A stretch of 64,000 nucleotides of DNA, from NCBI GenBank assembly GCA_024346625.1, contig AP024666.1, positions 124,001 to 188,000 of the forward strand. The letters run 5' to 3'. The DNA comes from Williopsis jadinii (Eukaryota). This document shows positions 44,548 through 56,982 of the stretch, in pieces. How positions within the stretch are numbered: the first letter of the stretch is position 1; the number at the start of each line of letters is the position of its first letter. A model generated the notes under the pieces. The model did not search any database. It was not told the DNA's origin and saw nothing but the letters and a program-made list of their open reading frames with translations. Both the position numbers and the translations under genes were made by a program.

Positions 44548-45672
44548 TCATATGTTAACCTCTGATACTTCAAAGCCGCAATCAACACACCGACGACGGA
44601 GCAGTGGCAGGCCGTCGTCGTCGGTGCCCCCGTCGAAGCCCTGCGACCACACGTGCACGTGCTTGGAGTCGAACTTGCCCTCCCGGAGACGCCTGTTGTA
44701 CTCCTCTGCCCTGGTCTTCTTCCTCATCTCCTTCATCTTGAGCTCGTACTTCTTCTCTCTTCGCTTGACCTTGAACTCCTCGCGTCTCTGCCACTCTGCG
44801 TCGAGCCCGTCGGGCCCTCCCCATTTCTGGAAGGCGAATTGTTCGACCTGATACCTCAGGAACAGCTGCATCCTGTTGAACTTGGAATGGGGGTTTGGCT
44901 TGAAGAGACGGCGTAGCAATGACTGGTCCTCGAGCTCAGGATCAGTGAGGAAGTAGTCCTCACGGCACTCGGTCTTTGTCAGCAGTGAGTACTTGTCAGG
45001 GTTGGCCTTTGCACATCTCTTACAGACACGGCACTTGAACACCTCCCAAAGCTGCTGATCAATCTCAAAGGTTCCACATTCGAAGCATTTGGTGGCGTTA
45101 GCCATATCAGTTGGAGGTGGCAGGTCCCGTATGACCCTTTGCTCGTCCTTCCACTGGTCAAGGCTCTTGCCGATGCCTGCACCTTCGGGTCCTTCCCCGT
45201 TGCCAGTCTCGTCGATGTAGCCTCCCTTAGTGTCTTTAACCTTGGACAAGTCGTACTCAATGTACTGAGACGTGACGACAGAAGGCTTATACAGCTTCCT
45301 TTTCGAATCGTCCAACGACCTGTTTTCGCTGCCAGAGGCGTTTCTGAAGTTGTCCTGCTTGGCCTTCAGCTTAGCAAGTGCCTTCCGTCTATTCTCTTCA
45401 ATTGTTCTTCTCTGCGCCTCTGTCAACACCACAGCCCCGAGATTGGTACGCTCATTACCTGGAATAGCAGGCTTCACGACCCTATTGTTATCTCCTCGTA
45501 TATGACCTCTCTGTTTAAGCCTTTCCAAGGCTTTCCGCCTATTCTCATCCTTCATGAGACATAATGTCAGTGAAAACTTCACACGGTACAGGCGAGCTCG
45601 CCTAAAAAGCTATAGAGCATAATTAACACAATACCATACAATCTTGGCCTGTTGTTCAGGAGTAAGAGCCAT
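44548..45672 (-). CDS. RAD14: NER damage-recognition protein Rad14/XPA; 2 exons (45672-45640, 45549-44548)
   Basis: A 90-nt intron (GTATGG..CACTGAC..AAG) gives MALTPEQQAKI-DENRRKALERL. C4 zinc finger CFEC..CKRC, KYSLLTKTECREDYFLTD and KPNPH. Confidence 0.96.
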
Positions 45673-45857
45673 AGCCAAGTAGTCTGCAACGCTGATTTTA
45701 GACGAATCAAGGCTGGTGTTCGGTTTGAGCTGTTCGTATAGTGAGTAAAAGAGCATTGGAACTTTCACGAGCTGCAAAAATTCCCATGGAATTTTTAAAT
45801 GTGTCATATTACATCCATACAACTACACATATACCGTCACCAATAATCGCCTTCTAT

Positions 45858-48626
45858 TCATCTTCTCGGTATCCTCCCATAGTCAGGCAGAGATCTCATA
45901 TATCTATTAACAGGCCTCTTGGTGTGCCTTGGAGTGATTTCTTCATCTGACTTACGCTTCCTCATTATTGGCTCATTGGCATTGTTCTCTTTGTTTTCCC
46001 GATTCTGAAACCTTTCTCCAATTAGTTCAAACTTGGGAGGTGCCTCCTGTGACGAGTCGCTGACCTTCTTCTTTGGTATATACAAAGCCTGTCTCTTCGG
46101 AGTCTTTCCAGTTGGCAATAGCGAATGTCTAATATTTTTCTGCTCCTGTTCAAGGTCACCAATGAGTGTATCAACGTCTTGCTCTTCAAGGGAATCCACC
46201 GTGGTATTGTCGACAATTTTCCGTTGAAGTTCATCTTGGATACTGACAAACCCATCCTTTGAGTGATCAAGAACCTCTCGAAGTTCATCCTTTTGATCGC
46301 CGAGCATTGAGAACTTACATTTAATATCATCAAGGCTTTGTTGCACCGCACCATTATTCAAAAAGTCGGTTGTCACTTGGTTGATATTCTTCAATTCATT
46401 GTCAATTGTTGTCTTTGACAAGTTTGTAAAACGACTGGTTTCTTTAAGTCTAGTAGAAATCTCGGAAAGTTCATGTTTGTGTTGAAACTGGAAATCCAAC
46501 GTCCGAGAATCACAGCTGTTGATGATCTGTCTTGACGCATTTTCCCAACGCTCTTTAGCTGGTACCAACACATCCTTTTCGGCTTGAAGGGATTCAGAGA
46601 CAGCCAGACGAATCTTCTCAGCAACCAGTTCTTGTTGTTTATTGTTCTTCTCCCGCATCACTTCAATAAACTCGTTAAGTAGTTGATTAGCATCGTCTTC
46701 GAGCTGTTTTTGAGTCTTTGATACAACGGAGTTCACAATATCGGCATGGTTTTGAAATAGAGAATCATTCAACACAGCTTTGAAGTCATTGTTCTCTTTT
46801 GAGAGATTTGAGAATTGTTCGTTCAATCCCAGCTGAAATTCTTTCAACAAGTTTCCCAATTGAGATACGTTCGAATCGAAATCCTTGAAAAGATCTGGAA
46901 ATTTTGAGAGAATCGTCTCACCAACGTTCTTACAAGCGTCGTAGGTAGACCTTTGAAGGACAGTTATCATTTCGCTTATCTCCTCGCTGATACTGGCAAT
47001 GTTAGGAGAGATATCAATGTCCTTATTGGTATTGCTCAGAATACCCACAATCCTCTGTATCAAATCTTCTGTCACTCTTTTATTCACATTATTGATAGTT
47101 GTCTTTGTATCATCCTCATACTTCTTAAAGACGGCCAAGTTCTCATTGATAGAGTTTATGATATTTTTGAACTTTGAACTTGAACTCATAAGATTTTTTT
47201 CATTTTCCCGTTGTTGATCAATTTTATTATGAAGAGTTTCAACAGTAGCATTGAGTGTATTTATCATTGTGATGTAGGTGTTGCTCTGATTCTCGGTATC
47301 TTGTAGTTGCGATTTCAATTGATCGTTATGTTTCTTCAACGTATCTTGTGATCTCTTATACTCTTCTAATTCTGTCTTATACTCCTGAATATCACTCATT
47401 AGTTCTTCATAATTGTCATTGTCCATATAGATCCCATCCTTCAACCTCGTCGAGGTTAAATCTGCTTTAGTCTTTGACAATTCTAGACTCAACTCTCGAA
47501 GTAAAACATCTTTAGATAGAGTGGAACCGATCTGTGGTTTATTTTGAATACTCTTGGCTTTGTTGGCATATTCCAACGTGCTTAGAGTCTCGTCATAATT
47601 TATCTTGGCTGGTGATATTGTTGCTATTAAGCAAGTCTTTGTACGACCTCCAAGAGAATCTTGTAATAGACGTGTCAATTTTGACTCCCTGTATGGGATG
47701 TGTTGATTGTTCTTCTCAACCAAGAGGCTGATTACCCTGCCCAAAGTTAGTAAACTCTGGTTGATAGATCCTGCCTCTTTAGCTCTTTGGTTCAGTGCAC
47801 CAGACCTGCTGATATTCTCTGAACCTGCAAGATCCACTAAGTTCATCTTAGATATTCTAAAAAGCTCACCGGATTGTTGATCCTTTTTGAAGAGATTTAA
47901 AGTGAATATTGTATGAGATCTACTTGAGAAGTCGTTCATCTTTGTTGCAGCAACCTGCCGTATTTTCAATCCACTTTCCAAGACTTTCAAACCGTGGTTT
48001 GCATTCCTCAAAATGACTTCTTCGAGGTTTTGAATATGGATTGTAGATTTGTTCATCTGTCCCAATGTTGGTTCATTTGTCATGGACTGCTTCTGATCAA
48101 ATATTCTAATCTTCTTCTTTGGATCCTCACTCAAAAGGTCCTTCAATTCTTCATTGTAGAGCTCAACAAAGGAGCATTTAACCATGTAGTCCTCGTGCAC
48201 CACTCCATTGGCATCCTGAAGTACTTCGAAGAGTCTAATGAGCATTCTAGGAATGATACCGGCTCTTTCACTCAGCTGTCCATTTACAATCGAGTTGTCT
48301 CCAGACATCGTATACGTCTTACCAGTAGATGTCATACCGTAAACCAATAGTGTACAGTTGTAACCCTTCAAGAACTCATCAAACAGCGGTGATGCCACAT
48401 TTGCAAACAACGACGTTTGGTCAGCCATGGGGCCAAACACCTTGTCAAACACATACTTCTTCGAGTTCAACTGTGCAGCTACTCCTGTTTCATCAGAAGG
48501 ATTCAACACCACCCCATCGCCCAACTCATCCGCCACATGGACCACAACAGCGCTCTTTGTTGATGTCTCTTTGGCGTTCCTTGCCCGGCATCTCACAACG
48601 ACCTGGATGTTCTCGTTTTCTGACAT
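45858..48626 (-). CDS. CIN8: Kinesin-5 (BimC family), Cin8-type
   Basis: N-terminal motor with P-loop YGMTSTGKT (Cin8-type), SSRSH, DLAGSE and HIPYRESKLT; BimC box PTGKTPKR. Forkhead sites at 48769 and 48801. Confidence 0.92.
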   Translation of the reverse strand: MSENENIQVVVRCRARNAKETSTKSAVVVHVADELGDGVVLNPSDETGVAAQLNSKKYVFDKVFGPMADQTSLFANVASPLFDEFLKGYNCTLLVYGMTSTGKTYTMSGDNSIVNGQLSERAGIIPRMLIRLFEVLQDANGVVHEDYMVKCSFVELYNEELKDLLSEDPKKKIRIFDQKQSMTNEPTLGQMNKSTIHIQNLEEVILRNANHGLKVLESGLKIRQVAATKMNDFSSRSHTIFTLNLFKKDQQSGELFRISKMNLVDLAGSENISRSGALNQRAKEAGSINQSLLTLGRVISLLVEKNNQHIPYRESKLTRLLQDSLGGRTKTCLIATISPAKINYDETLSTLEYANKAKSIQNKPQIGSTLSKDVLLRELSLELSKTKADLTSTRLKDGIYMDNDNYEELMSDIQEYKTELEEYKRSQDTLKKHNDQLKSQLQDTENQSNTYITMINTLNATVETLHNKIDQQRENEKNLMSSSSKFKNIINSINENLAVFKKYEDDTKTTINNVNKRVTEDLIQRIVGILSNTNKDIDISPNIASISEEISEMITVLQRSTYDACKNVGETILSKFPDLFKDFDSNVSQLGNLLKEFQLGLNEQFSNLSKENNDFKAVLNDSLFQNHADIVNSVVSKTQKQLEDDANQLLNEFIEVMREKNNKQQELVAEKIRLAVSESLQAEKDVLVPAKERWENASRQIINSCDSRTLDFQFQHKHELSEISTRLKETSRFTNLSKTTIDNELKNINQVTTDFLNNGAVQQSLDDIKCKFSMLGDQKDELREVLDHSKDGFVSIQDELQRKIVDNTTVDSLEEQDVDTLIGDLEQEQKNIRHSLLPTGKTPKRQALYIPKKKVSDSSQEAPPKFELIGERFQNRENKENNANEPIMRKRKSDEEITPRHTKRPVNRYMRSLPDYGRIPRR

Positions 48627-49038
48627 TTGAAACACACAGGATGACCTTCCCAGTACTCTCTCGTATCACAGCAGAGATCAGAATACGTTTCCTCAAAGCC
48701 TTCAGTGGAGTGTAACCTTCCAATGGATCGTGAGCTTTGTTGTTGGGAAGAGATGGAAGCTCTGTTGTTTGTTTACATTTCTTTGAGGCAATTCGCGGCG
48801 GTAAACAACGGTTTTTTTCCTTCTCAATGGTTACCATAGCAACGACCAGAGCTCAAAAAGAGAGATGGGAGGGATGCTGCGCGTACCACCAACAAGTACT
48901 AAAGAGGAAAATTTGGCTGGCGATGGGCTCTCGAGTGTATGGGTATTAATGCCAGTTGCTTTGTAGTTTGAGCCTCTTTTCGTGAGTGAGGATCGAATCA
49001 ATCAGCGAGGTTACTCCTGGTGGGCGTCGTACAAGATT

Positions 49039-50259
49039 ATGTTTGAATATAGCGTGAAAAGGTTCAAGAGAGCGAAGGATGAGAGGACGCTGAAGGCTCT
49101 TAACCTATGGCATCGTACACAGCTTGAACAGGAGAGAAAGCGGTGCTTGGAGGATGAGGACGGGGATGAAGATCAAGGAATCGACTGTTCACATAGTGAA
49201 TTCACAGAACAGATAAAGGACATTCCTCCAGAGGACACGTTTGAAACGTGGGTGCTGGAGAGAGAGATCAACATATCGACGTTTATCAACCAACAGCAAC
49301 AGCACGAAGAGCCGCGACATGGTGCACAGGGAGATGATGACGACAACGACGACGAAGCTGATACAGATTTTGGTTCTGACGATGACACGCTGGAGAAGGC
49401 TCGTGTAGAGTACGAAGGACTGCGTAACCTCACGAGATCCAGTGAGCTTTCCAATGCACGGACGCAGTTCATGGTGAGAGTCCGAGGGCTCGAGGTTCTA
49501 CCCGCAGTGTCTATAACCAACATGGATAAACAGTCTGACCTATTATCCACGGAGACGTCGTATTTGAAGAGACATGCGGAGGTATTGAATAAGATAATGC
49601 ACCTTTGTGTGCTCCGACAGGATTGGCGCAGAGCGTATAGATGCTTTACACTTCTGATTCGATGCAACAACATTGATATCCTCTCAATATGGCCCATAGG
49701 TTTAGAAGTCATCACAAGAGTTGCAGAGTTGGAGTACATCGAATCTGGGAACGATGGGTCGGAATACAACTTGAGGGTATACGGTACTGACTCTTCTCCT
49801 TTGAAGATTTTCAAAGATGAACAGTTTCTTCTATGGTTGTTGAACTTTTATCCAGGATCGAAGGTCCTTGACAAGCATAGAGTATTACACCTGGCCCTTC
49901 GTGGTGGTACAGCGGACACTGCACCTTACTTCGTGGTGACGTTGATATGGACCATAATCATGAAGCGAAACTTCACCATGGTGAACGACAAACTATCAGA
50001 GATGTTGTCGAAGAAACCTTTCATCAGGGATGGTGTTTTTTACTTTCTCCAAGGGCTTTCTTATCAACTCGAGGCTTCGACTATTGTAAATAGCGAACCA
50101 GATTCCATTGACCAAGGGAAAGTGTTGAAGTTGGTGAACAGCTCACAAAAGTTCTTAGAAGAAGCAAAAACGCTTGGAGCCGAGTTCCCTGAGAAACTTA
50201 TTCAAAACGAACTTGATCTGATAAAGTTACGGTTAAGTGAGTTGGACGATAGTGATTAA
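49039..50259 (+). CDS. RRN11: RNA polymerase I core factor subunit Rrn11
   Basis: MFE start, an acidic tract, and HLCVLRQDWRRAYRCFTLLIR..DILSIWPIGLEVI. Confidence 0.85.
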   Translation: MFEYSVKRFKRAKDERTLKALNLWHRTQLEQERKRCLEDEDGDEDQGIDCSHSEFTEQIKDIPPEDTFETWVLEREINISTFINQQQQHEEPRHGAQGDDDDNDDEADTDFGSDDDTLEKARVEYEGLRNLTRSSELSNARTQFMVRVRGLEVLPAVSITNMDKQSDLLSTETSYLKRHAEVLNKIMHLCVLRQDWRRAYRCFTLLIRCNNIDILSIWPIGLEVITRVAELEYIESGNDGSEYNLRVYGTDSSPLKIFKDEQFLLWLLNFYPGSKVLDKHRVLHLALRGGTADTAPYFVVTLIWTIIMKRNFTMVNDKLSEMLSKKPFIRDGVFYFLQGLSYQLEASTIVNSEPDSIDQGKVLKLVNSSQKFLEEAKTLGAEFPEKLIQNELDLIKLRLSELDDSD

Positions 50260-50326
50260 TACGTGGCTTCATTACAAGCGGGAGTCATTTACTATATTTG
50301 TTTCCTTTCATAAAATTCGTAGGCTA

Positions 50327-51976
50327 TTAATCAAGATAATCAGATGTTTCATCTGATTCTGCTTGTTTGCCTCTAGACCTTTGTCTTAAAGTACTTGAAC
50401 CTTCGCCAACATCAATCTGTTCAAATACGTCTCTAGGAATTTCCAAGATCTTCTTCATCTGTACTTCTTGGGTTGGATTTAGAAGTACCCTGTAGCCATA
50501 TGTTTCAGGTCTGACATTGAACAATGTCCAACCTGGTGGATTCAGACCATTTATTGGAATTTCAACTGTGTTGGCTTCACTGTGAACTATTGGTAATCCA
50601 TGTGATTGCGTTTGAGTAGGAGTGGGGGTTTCAGTTTGACCGTGGAAGAAATGGCCTCCGTGAGGCAGACGGTCTAATATATTAATATTTGGAGGTCCTG
50701 GAACTCCAGTTTCCATTGGTGGTGTTTCACGTTGTTCAGGCTGTGGTCTCTCCGGTTCATGGTGAGCTTGTTGTTCTTCCTGCTGCCCAGGCTGTGGCAC
50801 GGGCTCTTGTTGCTGTTGTTGTTGATTGTCAGCTGTCACAGGTGGGTCTACAAATACCGGACCACGACAGAGAGGACATACCTGGGAAATCTCCAACCAG
50901 CCCTTCAAACATCCCAGATGGATTATATGGTTACATGGCAATTTCTTCGGGTACAGTCTTTCACCCTTTGTAACACCAACTGTAGTCATATCGTCACGAC
51001 AAATGATACAAAGGTTGTTATCCTCATTCAACTCATCCTCCGTTGCATCCAACAGTTTGGAATCCAGCTCCTTTGCCGTTTTCAAATGGATCATCATCTC
51101 CTTCACTTGTTTGACCAGAGAGATTGCCGTGAAAATCGTATCCTTTGCCAAATAAATTGGAATTCTATTCGGCCCAATGAACGTAAACACCAGGAAGTGA
51201 TAGATTGCCAGTGAGCATATTGTTTCAACAAGCTTGACGATCTTCAAATACAACTCCTTTGATTCCATAACTTCCTCGTCCGGATGGGTGTTGAGATAGT
51301 GGACTTCCCAAGTGTTGAGACAAATGTTCATCGTTAACGATAACAGCTTAATAAACAAGAGGGTAAATTCAAATCCAAATGCAAAATACACGTCTGGAGT
51401 GTTACCAAATGTATACTCCGCACAAGAGTAAACCATTGTAAAGTCTGCATAGAGTAAGATCAGCAGCGATATGGTGTTTCTAGTCATCAAGATGTCCCGA
51501 GGAGTCGTTGCTCTTTGGAATATCATCTCAAATCGATCGTTCAGCAGCCAGTGGAACACTTTCACAAAGAGCAACACCAACGTCAGTATTCCTGGGATCA
51601 ACAGCCAATACGTGTTGAACATGGTGAGTGCAATCAGCGAGTTTATCACCTCAAACTTCGACCTTTCGTAGATATGCTCAATCTCCAGCAGACGAAGCTC
51701 CCCAAACATCAGCTGCTGTAACAGCTTACCGATCACTATGGCCATTGCCACCGCCCAATTGGCCAGCAGCACCAGTGGTATACCTTCTGACAGCTGAACC
51801 GCTGCTGAAAAGATATTTGGTGATGATTCCAATACTGGCCACACGGCGAATATCACCAGCACGTTGCTCGCCTGGGACGACAGAGCGTTAGTTTGCTGAC
51901 TAGCTCACATATCAAAACAAGTCTTACTCACCAAGAAGTACGCTATGAACTGTTGTTTGTGTGTAAGATTAACCAT
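50327..51976 (-). CDS. HRD1: ERAD RING-H2 E3 ligase Hrd1; 2 exons (51976-51932, 51871-50327)
   Basis: 60-nt intron (GTGAGT..AACTAAC..CAG). FGELRLLEIEHIYER, KVFHW, CIICRDDM, PKKLPCNH.IH and CPLCR motifs. Confidence 0.95.
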
Positions 51977-52264
51977 CTTCCCCTTACTTTGCTATTCTAC
52001 CTCTCTTCGTGTATGAACAGAAGTGTCACTGCTGTTCTTTCCAGGCCCAATTTTGAGCTCGCGGGCAGGACAAAGGGCGCTCAGCCGGGGAGCTTAGCCT
52101 GGCAGCCCAGCAGCGGGGCGAGAGAAACCGCAGGGAGCCCGGCAGCGCCAGAGGGAGCGCGAGAAAAAAATTAGACAGGAGAGGACGTTGTTCTCCTACG
52201 AACCAGGCGGACAGAGAGAGCGTCCCAGAGAGAAAGAGGGAAACCCCGGTACAACCACAGCAGA

Positions 52265-52899
52265 ATGAGCGGCCTGGGTATCAAGCTTGGCTCTCTGTTC
52301 ATCAGACAGATCTCCAAGCCCATATCGGTAAGTGTTGGCACCACCGTTTGTGTGCTCTCTGACTTAACTAACACTATGTGAATTAGAACATCATCAAGGC
52401 CCATGCACAACAGCACGAGTATTTCCGCAAGATTTGTATCTCTGTAGCTCAGAAAGTGCACAAGACGGACATCACGGTGAGGATGAGACTGCTCGGTGAG
52501 GAAGGCACAGCGAAGGTGCGCCCTCTTAACGATAAACGCGCCATAGAGACCGGTGCCACGTTCCTGTCTGAGACGTTTGTGTTTGCCGTTGCCGGGAGCA
52601 TAGTGGTATTCGAGGCGTATAGGCAGAGACAGAAGGAGTTGACCAGAAGAGAGACCGTCGAGGACGACATCAAGACGTTACAACACGAGATTGAGTATCT
52701 CAAGAGGAAGCTAAGGGAGTACAACGTTCGATTGGACGATTACACGCCGCTAAAGGATCTCAACCCCAAGGTGCTGCGGCTCGATGAGAACGGTGACTCT
52801 GTTGATCTAACGGTCCAGGTCCAAGAGCTGAACGACCGCTTGGACGCGTTGGAACGCGTCGACACTGCAAAGGAGGGAGACGCAGAGGAGAAGAAGTGA
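52265..52899 (+). CDS. OPA3-family mitochondrial protein (Mrx3-like); 2 exons (52265-52327, 52387-52899)
   Basis: A 59-nt intron (GTAAGT..AACTAAC..TAG) gives IKLGSLFIRQISKPIS-NIIK, followed by RPLNDKRAIETGATFLSETFVFAVAG. Confidence 0.9.
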
Positions 52900-53286
52900 G
52901 AGGTATCTTGTATATACAGGCCCAGTGAAGTTGGCATTACATACTACTCAGTCATACGGCAGTGCGTAGCGATGTTGGGCGATGTGTAGCGGTGCTGACG
53001 GATGTGTCATGGAGGTCTGTGCGTGTATGTACCATTATCAACGGGCCCGAAACACCGATTCGGTTTTCATCATCGTCTGGCTCACAATGAATGAGCCAAA
53101 GGGCAAGAAACTTGACAGTTTGGACCACGGCCTCGATGAATTGAGTTGAAGTGTTGTACGCTGTGGAATTAGATGAAGAGTAATTGAAGAAACACGAGAA
53201 AAAAACATTGCAACAGTGGGTTTCCCTGGCGATTGCCCAGGCTCTGTAATGGTCTGCTTCGCTTGGCTTACGTAATCCCCCGCGAT

Positions 53287-53305
53287 CGAATTTTCTGGAA
53301 ATTCC
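53287..53305. promoter_or_regulatory. Heat-shock element upstream of HSP60
   Basis: cGAAttTTCtgGAAatTCC matches nGAAnnTTCnnGAAn and lies about 150 bp before the ATG. Confidence 0.8.
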
Positions 53306-53331
53306 GATTTTGCACGTTTCCAATGCGGTGA

Positions 53332-55149
<1,818 letters not shown>

Positions 55150-55429
55150 ACACCTCCCCTCGGAAACATTTCGCCATCTGATTTGAAATGATGTACATAG
55201 TTTATAAAGACCAATCTCACTGAGAGACGATTAGAGTTGTAGTTGTGTGGCCCGCTTACACTTTATTGGTTAACACACGCCACAGTTACTGTGTATGTGT
55301 TTGTTTTGGCTTTTTTAGCCTGCGCGGTTTAAACAAAAATTTGAATTTTCCCCTTCTCCCACACACCACAAACATCACGAAATTTGTGAGGGAAAGGTAA
55401 ACAAACCAAACGTAAAAGATACACACAAA

Positions 55430-55882
55430 ATGTCAGGAAAAGGTCCACGGAGGTAAAGGTAAATCTGGTGCTAAAGATGGTGGTCTCAGATCTCAGTCTC
55501 ACTCTGCAAGAGCGGGCTTGCAGTTCCCAGTCGGTAGAGGTCAAAAGATTTTTGAAGAAGAATGCACAGAACAAGATCCGTGTTGGTGCCAAAGCTGCGA
55601 TCTACTTGACTGCGGTTTTGGAGTACTTGACTGCTGAAGTCTTAGAGTTGGCTGGTAACGCGGCAAAGGACCTCAAATTGAAAAGAATCACACCAAGACA
55701 TTTGCAGTTGGCGATCAGAGGTGATGAAGAGCTTGACACTCTGATCAAGGCTACTATTGCCTCTGGTGGTGTCTTGCCACACATCAACAAGGTATGTTGT
55801 ATCTCTTTCTTTATTTGCTATATTCTGTTACTAATAGGGGTTTTAGGCGCTTCTCTTGAAAGTTGAGAAGAAGAAAACATAA
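55430..55882 (+). CDS. HTZ1: Histone H2A.Z with two apparent +1 frameshifts; intron 55792-55846
   Basis: Removing one base near 55442 and one at 55539 gives a 131-aa [50 protein letters not shown]. Intron GTATGT..TACTAAT..TAG. Confidence 0.93.
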
Positions 55883-56982
55883 ATGAGTCCAGAGTGTTTA
55901 CTTGTTTTCGTTATTATTGTTGTTGTTGATATAATTTTTTTTGGTTCCAGGTGAAGGAAAAGGCGATTTTGGTACAATACACAACACAGCTTATACGTTT
56001 TCCTTTTTTATATCCTTCTTATGATCACTGTCATGGTGACGTTGTGTTTGGAAGCCTATCAAAAGGATGAGGAAGCCATGGGGTTATTCGAGTCTCATCA
56101 TGTTTTGAAGAGAACAGAAAGCACATGTTGAACCCCCTTTCTTCTTGTTCCTCTTCTTCTTCTTTGTTATTGTATTTTTATATACGTGTACTACTAATTA
56201 TATTGAAAAAAAAAAAGATGGGTCTCTCTTCTCATGGGGCCTATTAATGGTTGAGTGTGTAGCACAGCATGGCATCTACCCGTTGTATCTCTTGCGATCG
56301 ATTTGTTTACATTTTTCAGCTTTTCCACAGTGGGAGCCCGGAAGGGGGGGTTCGATTGTTGTAACCGGGACAACGCTAAGCGTACAAAAGAAAAGCTAAA
56401 AGCAAGAGACAAACCCGCCAAAATGGGAATGTCCCCCCTTCGGCACTGATAAACTACGGACGGGCTACATAACGCGAAAATGGGACGGGGGACGGGTTGG
56501 TGGGCAGGTTGGTGCAGTTTAGGGGTAAATCTCAATTGTTCCTTTCCATCCATTCTGGAACCTGTTCCTTTTATTCATTTTCCTCCATACTCAGTTGAAG
56601 ATAAAAAGGCCATCAATTATTGAAAAGGGGCATTTACTGTCATTATTCCTCCGACGATACTCTGATACAACGAGACAAATCAGTGCTTAAAAAACACAAG
56701 GAAGAGACAAGTTAGGACAAAGACGCGTAGCTTACATTCGAATTTGCCCTTTTAAGTACATTTCTGTCCAGTTTGTCCAGTTTGTCCACTGTGTGCAGTT
56801 GTGTCTCCAATCGTTTTGTCGTTGTCTGTCTTTTTTTCTCTTTTGGCTTTTTTGTCCATCGCGTCCCTCGACAAATCGGACAAAAAAACCCAGCCCATAA
56901 CTTGGACATAAACACAGAGGAAACACTCGACACAGCAGTTGAAAGCATTGACGAGGAAGTCGAGCGAGCTGAACAAGAAGAG

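Noticed and set aside
55900..56200. Possible minus-strand box C/D snoRNA (ATGATGA downstream of a TATA) and an Sm-like site at about 55933
   Set aside because: I found no CTGA D box or rRNA-complementary guide; it would need an Rfam or snoscan search.
56773..56982. In-frame upstream extension of LCB2 (acidic, protein-like by eye)
   Set aside because: There is no ATG and no clear splice signal; a purine-rich leader explains it.
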